A DNA stretch of 64,000 nucleotides from Takakia lepidozioides (lineage: Eukaryota > Plantae > Bryophyta), in the NCBI GenBank assembly GCA_030704615.1, contig CM060734.1, forward strand, positions 44,764,001 through 44,828,000, read 5' to 3'. This document shows, piece by piece, positions 24,831 to 36,100 of the stretch; within the stretch, counting starts at the first letter, position 1; each line of letters begins with the position of its first letter. The notes under the pieces were generated by a model. It was not told where the DNA came from, did not search any database, and was given only the letters and a program-made list of their open reading frames with translations. The position numbers were made by a program, and so were the translations under genes.

Positions 24831-27800
24831 GCCTCTCATTTTAAGATAATAGGGTCTTCAATGGGCACGTCGTTGGCCGGTGGGCGCCGGTGGGCCCCGT
24901 GCACGGACGCCCGCTCCCAGCACCACCCCCGCCCGTCGTCTGCTCGCGGTTGTCGCCCAGCCGCGGGCGCTTCTGCAGCAACCCGCGCCCACCGCCCGAC
25001 CCCCTTCCGCCACGCGGCCAGTCCCCCGCCCATGATGTCCGCTGCCCTCCAATTATGCCAGTCCGCTGTTGGCCAGTCTTTTGCCCAGCAGTGTACCAGT
25101 CCTCCATCTTTCCACCAGTCCGGTTCTGGCCAGTCCTCTGCCCAGCAGTTTGCCATTCCGCCGTAGTCCCCGCCAGTCCGCTGGCCAGTCCCCTGCCATC
25201 CCAGTCTGCTGACGCGCAGGATCGCCACCGGCCCCTTCCATTCCCCATAACCCATCCGAGCCCTCCATTTTTAGGGCTGCAATTCAAACCTGCATCCCTG
25301 CCTGCCGCCCTGCCTGCCACTTTGCTAACAGCCGCGAACGTGCGCACTGTTCTCCTGGCACGTTGTCGATCGTGTCTTGTACTACGGCGCGTTTCTTGCA
25401 TGTTCAGAAGCGTGTCCTTTGTACTGTATAGGGCATGGACGTGGAAGCAAAACCCGATGATATAACTGATCACGGAAAGCCGCTTATATGGCCTCTTCGA
25501 CAATGTTTGCAAACAGCAAAACCAGGACCCTTCAACAGGAAGGATCTCCATTGGAAGAGTGAGATGCAATATGGGTTTATGGGTGTGCGAGTGAATGTTG
25601 AAAAGGCCTGCATACCTTGGATAGAGTTGGTGACTTCGTCCTGGGAGAGGAGAGTTTGGAGGACTACCCCACTCAGTTTTGGGTGAATGTCCATTCTAAA
25701 GTGGAACCACGGCTCGCGAAAAGTACCCAGAGCCAACACATTTCTGTCCAGTATTATGTGTGCACCATCCTCAGTCCTTTTGACGTTTCATCATTGCATG
25801 TCTGTTGTCATTTTTTGTTTCACGAGTTCCTCTGATTTTATGCTTCCTCAAGTCGTTGGATATCGATTTTAGAATTTTTTGTCCAGGTATCAATGCTGCT
25901 ACGGTCCTGATGACAAGCGCACCAACAAGGCAATAGTGGAGGATCCAAAACAGAAGGACCTCTTGTGGGTGCTGGAACATCTTGCCCATAAAGGCCCAAG
26001 GAGAAAGAAGTCGGAGTATGGAGAGTCTTACAAACGTGGTTACCAATGCTGTTTCAAGGTCCAGCAATGCTATCTCGCCCCTGACATCTGTGTCCTCACG
26101 TACTACAACAACATGGAGCATACAGATGTGCAAGGGAAACCCTCGCATGGGAAGTCCGCAGAGTTCAGGAACACCCGCCACGCCTATGCACCACACATTA
26201 GCGAGGAATTGAAAGCCTGGGTCGTCGAGTGTTTGTGCCGAGGCCTGTCGGTCGCCCAAATCATGATGGAGCATAAAGAGCACGTGATGAACAACACCGG
26301 CTTGGGCAATGCATGGACCCGCGATGATTTCTTATTGGAGCAAGATGTTCGCAATCTTGCCGAGAAACGTGCGTGGCAAACCTTCAAAAAGCACGCCGAT
26401 GATGCAGAGAGTGTGCGCATGTGGAGAGACCAGAATCTTGCGTCCGTTTTTTTCTATCAAGAGGAGAAATTAGAGCCAACATTTGAGCATTTTGATGGAG
26501 ATTTGACATTCACTATTGGCATACAGACTCCATGGCAAAAACAACGAATGCTCGAACTAGGACATGACCGTATCGTTGCATGTGATGCAACCTTTGGGAC
26601 AAATCATGACAAGGTACTATTCGAATGATTCCATGGACTTGTACGAGCATGATAGCATAGTACCATGCAACATTCACATAATATTTGGTGTGCTGACCCT
26701 TTCTGTATGTTTAGGGTTGTGTACGTTGCGGAAGACCAAGAGGCAGACCCATTCTGAACCGCTACAGACCTCATCACTCTTATGAAGTCTTCTCGTGCAG
26801 AACTGAGCGGAATTTGCATGCTCTAACCATCTTACATTGTGCATTCCAACAGTTCCCGTTGTACACGTTGATGGTCTTCGACAAGTGGTTGAACGGTATA
26901 CCAGTTGCCTATATCCTATCCGCGAGGAATCGGACAAGAGACCTGGTTCCGTGGATGAGAGCCTTGCGCGATTCACTCCTCGCAGATTTGCCAAGCTGGC
27001 GACCCAATGCCTTAATTGTGGACGATGCCGAAGCAGAAATCAACGCTATTCGGTAAGTCTGTTGGTCCACAGCACCGGTCCATTGTCGAGGTCCACTTCA
27101 GCAGTCCATTGCTACAGTCCACTGGCAGACTCCTGTGGCAAAACCCGATGGCAGTTCGCTGGGCAAATCCACTGGTAGTCCGCTGTCAAGTCCGGTCATC
27201 AGTCCCTGGGGTCGGCCGTCCGCTGCCAAGTCCACTCGGCAGTCCCTGGCAAGTCCGCTCGGCAGTCCGCTGTGGCAGTCCAATGGGGCAGTCCGCTGAT
27301 GCAGTCCGCTGCCCCAGTCCTAGCTAGGGGAAGTCCAATGGGGAAGTCCACTGGGTAGTCCAATGGGGTTACTCCAGCACATCAACGTCATGACATTGTA
27401 CTGTCCACTGGCCGAGTCCAGTGGCTCTGCCCGCTGATACAGGTCGCTGTTACAGTCCACTCCGGCAGTCCACCATTGCAGTCCGATCCCAAGACTCTAA
27501 TGTGTACCATGTGTGTTGTGCAGAATTGTTTTTGAAGGAGTACTCATTTTCCTCTACCTTTGGCATGTCCGCAAGGCATGGGTGAAGCAATCATGCAAGA
27601 AAACGAAGGATCCGGTGACCGCTGTAAACTTGTTGAAGGATATGGGAGACCTCATGTACTTTAGAGGGGGACCACGCAACGAGAAAAGAGCGCTTCGGTG
27701 GGTTGTAAGGAGAATCCGTCGTATGAGGTCAAAATACCCGAAAGGACATGAATTTCTTGACTATATCGAACAGTACTGGAAGCCCAAAATAACAATGTGG

Positions 27801-27912
27801 TGTACAGCAGCCCGCCATGTCCCTCATGCGAGCCAAGACACAAACGCAAGCATTGAGGCATACCATGGAAATTAGTGCCCATTGAAGACCCTATTATCTT
27901 AAAATGAGAGGC
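24831..27912 (+). mobile_element. Mutator-like (MULE) DNA transposon, internally deleted
   Basis: Perfect 38-bp TIRs (GCCTCTCATTTTAAGATAATAGGGTCTTCAATGGGCAC; 24831-24868 and 27875-27912) and 10-bp TSD GTGCTATATC (24821-24830, 27913-27922). Confidence 0.95.
25435..27875 (+). pseudogene. MULE DDE transposase, spliced, C-terminally truncated
   Basis: Exons at about 25435-25760, 25887-26613, 26853-27052 and 27524-27875 with GT-AG introns. Motifs ACDATFGTN, FPLYTLMVFD..GIPVAY, IVDDA, LYLWHV (CxxH Cys lost), TNASIEAYH. Confidence 0.88.
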
Positions 27913-28654
27913 GTGCTATATCCTAGCCAATTATTGTGAAAATTTCAAACCAAACAACATTTGTTCTATTATGGTCTTTTGTATGTGTTTGAGCGGGGGT
28001 CAAGTGGACTTCCATAGCTTCGCAATTCAAGGTGAGCCTATCCAAAAATTTGACCCATTGATAATGAGATGTTTTACTCAATCCCTCTCGTGAGGGTGTG
28101 GAATGCACTACAATAGTGAGCCTCATCAAGAACCGGTAGAATTTATAAAAGTCACCAAAGTGAGCCCAACTATGGGCCAATTATGTCTCGCCATGTGGGC
28201 AGTTACCTCTACATGGCCCCTCGGGCATGCTCCAATTTCATGACCCATGCGATTTCTAAAAAATCTACAGGTCAGATGATTCCGTAGAACTTACTAGTTT
28301 CAATATGTGAAGGGGGGCCATGTTGTCAAAATGTAAATGCAGTTGGAACCATGAAAAAATTATGAAGATCTGTAAAAAATACATAGAAAAATCTACTTCA
28401 TCAAAACCTGCAAGGTCTCTCCTGGGCCATTAAAGGTTATCTGTTAGCATTTACATACATTTGCATGCTCTATTGCAAGACTAATATGTTGGTTTAATGC
28501 ACCATCCTAGATATATTAATAATACCAATTTTATTTTATTTTATTTAAACTCCATAAACTTCCCTGATTTCTATTTATAGTTACATGTGATTGTTAATGG
28601 TACCCCATCTCCAAAATGCATGCGAGCAAAAAACACTCAAGCAGACATTAGTCG

Positions 28655-29610
28655 TTTTTTTTTTTTTTTTTTTTTTTTTTTTTGGTTAACAGGGGATAGT
28701 GGCCCTGGTTTAGTTTTATTAAGTTTATTGCGGGGAAAAGTTTTAAAACCCCTGATTACACCATGAGGTACACACACCGTAGTCAGTGATGGACGAAGTA
28801 GCCTCCTGAAAGGAGAAGAAGAAAGAGACCTAGGATTACAAGCCCTATGGAGAAGCCACACCCGTAGGGGGTTGACAGAAACTTAGGCAGTCGCTACTGG
28901 ACTGATGAGACCACGAGGAAATCATGAAGAAATGACTCTAGAGCTTAGAAGCAGCTGCGGACCTATCCGAAGCAAATTTAGATAACCAAGAGATCTCAAC
29001 GAAATTTCAATCTAGCAGCTGATTTGATGTGGCGCCAATTGATATCCTTGTCAAACTCTGGGGATGCTGCCATGGAGGGGTGTGTTGAGGTCTCTCCATT
29101 GATCTGGCGGTTGAGCTGCCCGGGCACAGTGAGATGGTGACAAGCTAGTGGAGAGAAGACCGTTTCTTGCCCAGGTGCGGGAGAAGTGAGTGTGGATTGT
29201 TGCTGCTTGCTGGGGTCTCTTTGCGACATCTGCACAGAGTTTTGTCCAAGCTTTCCTCCCCACAATCTGCAAGTCCCAGAACACCCCAGACAACAAGGTG
29301 GGCAAGGTGCTGGTGGCACCCCAGAGGATCCAAGCACATCTAACTTTCCATATATGCCATAGTGTAGAGTTGCGAAGGCAATCAAAGATTGGGCAGTCTG
29401 ATGCCCTTGCTTTTGAAGCTATGTCGTAATTGAGAAGCAGGTGGATAACAGACAAGTCTTGGGTGTCCCGCTCTCTATAAAAATCCTTAATAGAAGAGCA
29501 AAGCAAGACTTCCTAGAATTGTAGCCATTCCCCTACTTTAAGGACTCTGTTGGCTATTTGCCATAAAAAGGCAGACATTTTGGCTGGCCTTGCTTTTTCC
29601 AGATGCATGT
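28655..29610 (-). mobile_element. 5'-truncated L1-type LINE with poly(A) tail
   Basis: T29 run at 28655-28683; ORF2 C-terminal motifs PAKMSAFLWQIA and LRNSTLWHIWKVRC. Confidence 0.8.
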
Positions 29611-30179
29611 CCAAATGTCTTACATCACGTATTTCTACTATGGTGCTAGATGCCATGTGGAGCTTTAAGTGTGATAAAACAAATGTTATGCCATTGTAAC
29701 AGGTAGTTACTATAGATAACGGGAATGGGTAAGGTCACGGGAATGGGCATATCCACCCCATGTCATAAAGGCATGAAGCCTGACTAGTGACCTGCATTAG
29801 AGTGAGATTGTATACTACTTAGACCAAATGCGACAAAGGAGTAAGAGAGGAATGTGGATTGACTCAGGAAAGAGGTTTCAAGTGCATAATCCAGTTGATG
29901 TTTTTGGTACACATTCCCCCTAGTAGGTGTCATGAGTGACTACTTCAAATGCATTGAATGCGGCATTGCAGTATGCATCTGCTTTGTATGTGGTTTTGAA
30001 AGCAGATTTTGATGGGGTGAAGTCTTTGGGTCGTCTTTTGAAAACATTGTGGTGCTTGAGCACTAGTGATTTTAGGGTATAGAAATAGTTTATCACTTGG
30101 AATCTGATAGATATTTTGACAAGCACTTCATGATGAGTATAGTAGTTGCAAATCATTGTGACTCTCTTACCTAGTGTAC

Positions 30180-33102
30180 TCAGCTGCTTGATCCTGCCAT
30201 GGCAGTAGTGTATTCTGCTTTCTTGCGGTGCAGGATATCCTCAAGTTTACCTAGCAATCTCTGCTCCCATTGTCCAATTGTTACCAGCCTTGGTTAGTGG
30301 AGATATATAATTCCAGAGAGTATAGATATAGAAACATTAAGTTAAATTTGAATTTACAAAATGCAACTAGAGTAGAACTAGGCCACCAGAGGGTAGCTCG
30401 GTTGGATAGAGCACTGAGTGCCACCGAGGTGATTCTGGGTTCAAATCCTGCTATCTTGTCGGGTGTGGTATGGTCTTCTCCAGGTGTCCCTTGAGCCTTG
30501 TGATGGGCCCCTCATGGCGAGGGTACTGGAAAAGAGGTTATTTCTCCTCTCAATATAATTAAGTGCCTGAATTGTGCCGGGTCGCTCCCTGGTGTATCCT
30601 TTTAAAATAAAAATAAATAAAATATTTCCAAAGTAATATAAAGAAAAGCATATGTGTGCCCTACACATCCCCAAGCTTCGGCAAGCCCAGGAAAATCAAA
30701 GAGCACTCATGAGGGTCAACAAGAAACTACCCCTTGAGAGGACCACATCAAACAAAAGGCTGAAGTGCTAGAATATACCGAACACTTTGTTCTAAGACAC
30801 TAAGTATGGGAAGGAAAACTTATATACAACTTATATTTCCAGCTATACCAATATAGAATTGAAACCTGCAAGGTAGAAGCAAGACCTGTAACAAGCCAGG
30901 AACTATGCTGCATATCTCTGCAGACAACTCCCGGCAGAGGTACATCCTTTAGTCCAAGGGGAGGGTGGAACTACTAGTGCACCTATTAGGTACAATGTGC
31001 TTTGTGTCGGGCTTCCTTTTGAATAAGTCAAACTGATTGCTATTCTTGATAGGTCCTCATGATGTGCCTGCTTTGGAGCACCTGGCTTTCTAAATATGCC
31101 AATGGTTCTTGAGGGATTATTGGACCCAGATATTTTGGTCTCACGGCAGCAAGGAAGCTATGGTGTCTCCAGCCAGTCACACCACTTTTAAATAAACAAT
31201 AAAATCTAGCCTGTAGGCAGTGTCTAGGGGCAATTGGCCCATAAATCAATTTAGGCCTCACAAGGACCATTCCAAATTATTGAGCAATTTGCTTCAGTTT
31301 GGGAGAGGCCCATGTCATAGACCAGGATCAGGAAATCAAAGGTTTCAGCCGCATATTGTAAGCAATCTTGGGATAGAATTTCAGATAGAGTATATTATTT
31401 GGTTCTTCTTGAGACATGCATGTATTCCAAGAGCACTCCAAGATCCTTGAATGGACATTCAACAAACAGGACGAGTTCTTTGCAAAACACACAGCTCTCT
31501 CAGGGGCAGGTGCACAGGTTTCAAAACCCTAGTTTGTTTTGGGTTGCTTTGCCACTATCTAATTCAAACAACAAACTCCTTGCAAGAAGACCATGCCAAG
31601 ATTCTTCTGTACTTTACCAGGGCTCTTTGGCCTTCACCTGACCGGAACCGAAGTTTCTTTCTTCCTTTCTCTACTGTTCTCTGTTTGTGAGAGGCTACAG
31701 TGAGCAAAATGTAATGAGGACAAAATTTCTCTAGATAAAATGAGTGCTTGTGAGGGCACTAACCTTGAAGCTGTCACGGTTGATAGAGACAACCTTGCAC
31801 TTTGTGACAGCTGCCACTGTGGCAGCTCGGGGTTCATCATTGAGCAATGCCAATTCACCAAAATAGTCACCTCGACCGTATTTCATCACTACACTTCCTT
31901 TTGTTTTTGCCTCTGCCATCCCCTGCACATGTCATTATGCTCCCTTGTAGGCAGGAAGGGATGGCTGGTTCATTAGTGATGGATACCCAACTTTGGGTCA
32001 CATTTTAGCATCCTATCACCTTGTGATTGGTGCAAACTGGGCATATGCATATGGCTACAATAGAGACTTATTTAGTACATTTTCACTGATACTGATTGGT
32101 ACACATAATGCAAGGGATGCTGGGGTCTGACCTCTTCAAGAAAATAAAACTTATCTCCCGGCGTGCCCTCCAGAATAATATTCTTGCCCACTTCAAAATA
32201 CTCAGCTTCCAGCACATCTGCAATAGCTGATCGCTCGTACTTGTCCAGTGACTGCCACACATCCAAGGTTTTACAGCACCAAGTTGTCAAGATTGAAAGA
32301 TGGGATCGTAACCTTGATGAAGTAGAGGCTTTCCTAAATGTATACAATATACTAAATCTATTGACAAGGAAAGAAACAAGAAAACAGAGACAGGAGGAGG
32401 GAGGTATAGAGGGATCATTCTGAATGAGGTCTCTTCATCATGATGACATCCCTTGTTAGCAAACTGAAAAAACAGAGGAAAGGAGAAGGGACCTTCAGAA
32501 GGGGCACGTTCTCAAAAAACTCCTCATAGAGTGCCCTCTTTTGACTTGTGGATGTCATTAAAATTGCTCGAAAGGTGGAGCGGTCCATAGCCCAAAGTAC
32601 ACAATCGGTGCTTGCCTGCACCCGTGTACACCCTAGCTTAGAATACAAAGATAACTATCTGAACTTCCACCTCCATAATTTGTTTATATTGGAACCTCAC
32701 CACACAAGAGAGAGTGTACTCACAAGAAGTTGACCCCACACCAGTTTGGGCGGACCAAGAGGGAACAGACATTGTTTGTATGTATAAGGGGCTCACTCCA
32801 GTACTTGGACTTACCTTGGTAAAAAGAAGCAAACCTTATATCGTCCATAGGGGACCACGAGGGCCCATGGGACAGGGTAGAAAAAACCAATGACTACTTC
32901 AGGTTACATCAGCTGTCGCCCTAAGATGAAGGGCCTCTAGTAGGTTAGCTGCAAGGCACTTCTAATCTTCAAGGCTGAAGGCCTCCAAAAGAAAGAAGAC
33001 ATTTTATTATGTCCGTGAGAGGCCCGAGAGAGAATGTACTCATAAGACGTTGTTTGCCGAAGCCTTATGGCCATAGACCCCGCACCCAATTTGGGTGGAA
33101 TG

Positions 33103-33145
<43 letters not shown>

Positions 33146-36100
33146 TACTCATAAGACGTTGTTTGCCGAAGCCTTATGGCCATAGACCCGGCACCCAGTT
33201 TGGGTGGAATGATCCTGGAGATGGAGAGAGAGAGAGAGAGAATGTACTCATAAGACGTTGTTTGCCGTAGCCTTGTGGCCATTGACCCCGCGCCCAGTTT
33301 CAGCCAAACACAAAGGGACAGAAACTACCTTTGTTAGGGGCTGACGCCGGTAGTATGACTCACATAAAAACAGACAATTGATCCGAGTTTTCCAGATATC
33401 CTCTAGAAATCCTTCAAAGTTCACACAAACATCAATATGACGTGTGTGATTTGCCCAATAACCAGACCCCAAAAGGAAGGGCCTGGGCCTTTTGCTCAGC
33501 CTTGAGATTTTCAAAGTTGGTGGAATTGAATAGGTTGTCTATTTGGTGAGATTACCCAGGACAATCAATCGGAAAGTGGATATTGTCTTCAGGTTGCCCA
33601 CACAACGGGCATTTGCAATAGCCTTTCCCGTGCATCTGCTTGCTGTTCAAAGGTAGGCTTGCCGCCCTGAGTTTAAATTTCAGTCTAGTGCCAAGAGTGG
33701 GTAAACCCCTGGAGGTCATCCATGATGGCCTTACCCATGTCAGGGATTGGAAAAAAAGTCCAGGGAAGTTTTCTGCCTAACTTCATTTTCATCAGACAAT
33801 TTCTTGGCATGGCGAAATCTAGTAGGGTCAAGATTGCAGACTTAGATTCAGATACTTGAAAATTTCTTATACCCTGGGATTTTGCCTATTTGACAGGGCG
33901 ATCCCGCTTCCAAGATATAGAGTCGTCTAACTTAGGATATCTGATATTAGTCATACGTTGCAGCTGACCTGACCATCAAACCTTGAGTTCATCTCGTCCG
34001 GAGCTTAAGGGAGGAATGCCAAACTCACCCCGAACAACCACATTGGCTGTTTTGGAGCTGTTTTAGAGCATGCTGTCATTCACTCCTTGAGCATCCCCAC
34101 TTGAATGGATTCTTGAGACTTATGGTACGTTCACATTTGTCAATAGCATCGTCAGGAAACCCCGTTTTCACTATCGCCGTTCAGACCTAACTAAGTGCCG
34201 TCGACGTGTCATTGTTGATCATCTGCGCTATCACCCAGAGTTATGGTGAGTGATAAACTAATGGCGGGGAGATAAAAAAATTCAGAATATGTAGATTCTC
34301 GGGCTTGTCTCCGTTGATAGGGTAACAATCCCAAATACGAACTAATAGCTTATCGGTGCTGCTTCGCTCCTCCAAGCTCCTGCTTCGTTGCTTCACTCCT
34401 CCGAGCTCACCTGCTTTGCATCGCAAACACTCATGATGGCGAATGCAAGCACAGATTTCAGCATCGATGGAAGGCACAAGAGAGGATATAGCTTGTAGAG
34501 GTGGAAGAGGGGGTGGACGAGGGAGAGGATGAGGAGGGGAAGGAGGGACCTCACGACTGCGAACTCCAAACTGGACTCAAGATGAAGTGATGGTATTGAT
34601 CGGTTGCAAGCACAAAAAGCATGTGGCTCAAAAGCAACTCATTGATCCATGGTGGTAAACGTTGATGTACTATACCTTTGCAGCCATAATTGTGTGTTGG
34701 CCTTCAACGACGAAGAATTTTGAATTGTTAATATCTTTCTGATGCCTTGGTTTCATCGCTCGTTCCTCGGCGCCAGATAGACGGGATGTTTTGTATCTAA
34801 AACCCGCAACTGGTACAGACAGGCTTTTACTTCATCTTTGTGATTAATATTCAACGGACGATACACCATGCTTCTTGGAGCTCCCCTCCGTCCAAAAATA
34901 GAACAAAACAGCAAAAGCGCTTCAAGCAATAACAAAAGCAAAGACCCAACGCAACGGCAGAATGCGTAAAAAATGGAACGTGTTGAATGGAGATTATATA
35001 TATATGACGCCTCCCGAATGAAGCGTAAATTATGGTGTCTCTTCACCCCTAAGGGCTACTACCTTCCCGCATGAAGGTGGACACCTTAGTGATACCAATT
35101 GGTGGTTGTGGTTCAACCACTTCCGAGGTGGTTTGTGCCCATTGCCACTGGGCTACTACTTGGTTGTCAAATAGTGATTATAAGTAGATTAGTGACTACC
35201 ATAAATGTACCGGCCACAATACCTCATATTCGGACATGTCTACACAAGACAAGGGACAAATTTCATTTACCTAGAGTGTTCAATGAAGATTGCTATGATG
35301 CCATTGAGGCATTCGGCGGGGGGGGGGGGGGCTACTAATCTTCCCTTGTACGTGAGAGGTTCACAATCACAAGGAGGTTTGGTTTATGTGCAACCGAGAG
35401 AAATAGAAGAAAATCACACCCCTGCGCATTCACATCAGTCCTTAATAGGATATCTGATTGGAAAAGACTTCATTCGTGAGCCAAGCACCAAGGTAATCAT
35501 AGAAGTTTGACCAAATGTGGTCATTCGTGATGACCTCTCATAGTCTATTGATGGCCACCAACCTCCAATCATTAACCTCGATGATGGACCTGATTTTATT
35601 TTAATACACCTGAGAGAAACAATGTTACGATTGCAAATGGCACTACAACAACTCCTGGAAGCACAAGGTGAGACAAAAAAGATCTTGTGTATTTCTGCCG
35701 GTAATTGAAGCCCGATAAGCAGAGCAAGATTATCGTGGACGCCATGGACCGAATTACTCCAGAAGATAGATATCGGCAAGGACAGAACCAATTCACAAGA
35801 CAAAACAACAAAAGAGCATCTCAAATATATCAAAGGAAAAGACAAGAAGGTCTATAGAATGAGCAAAATATGGTTTTTGTGTTGTCCAATATTAGCACTG
35901 CCATGTGTTATGCATTCATCAAGGATCAAACAAGATGCCTCCGCCAATCGACATTTCAGACTTTAACTTCGAAGACAATCACGACCCAAATGGAAAAGAC
36001 TAGCGATTCAACTAAAGACAAACATTGAAGACTCTATTGTAGACAATTTGTTGCAGGCTTCAATTGAAGGCAACCACTAAACTTAATAAAAAACAGTTCA

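Noticed and set aside
24774-25569. Several overlapping GC-rich ORFs
   Set aside because: Stop-poor MULE subterminal repeats with no protein motifs.
30381-30460. tRNA gene
   Set aside because: A and B boxes are present but there is no proper acceptor or anticodon stem; it continues into a shared body and tail, so it is a SINE.
33040-33100. Hammerhead ribozyme in the repeated LINE end
   Set aside because: It lacks the CUGAnGA and GAAA core in the required arrangement.
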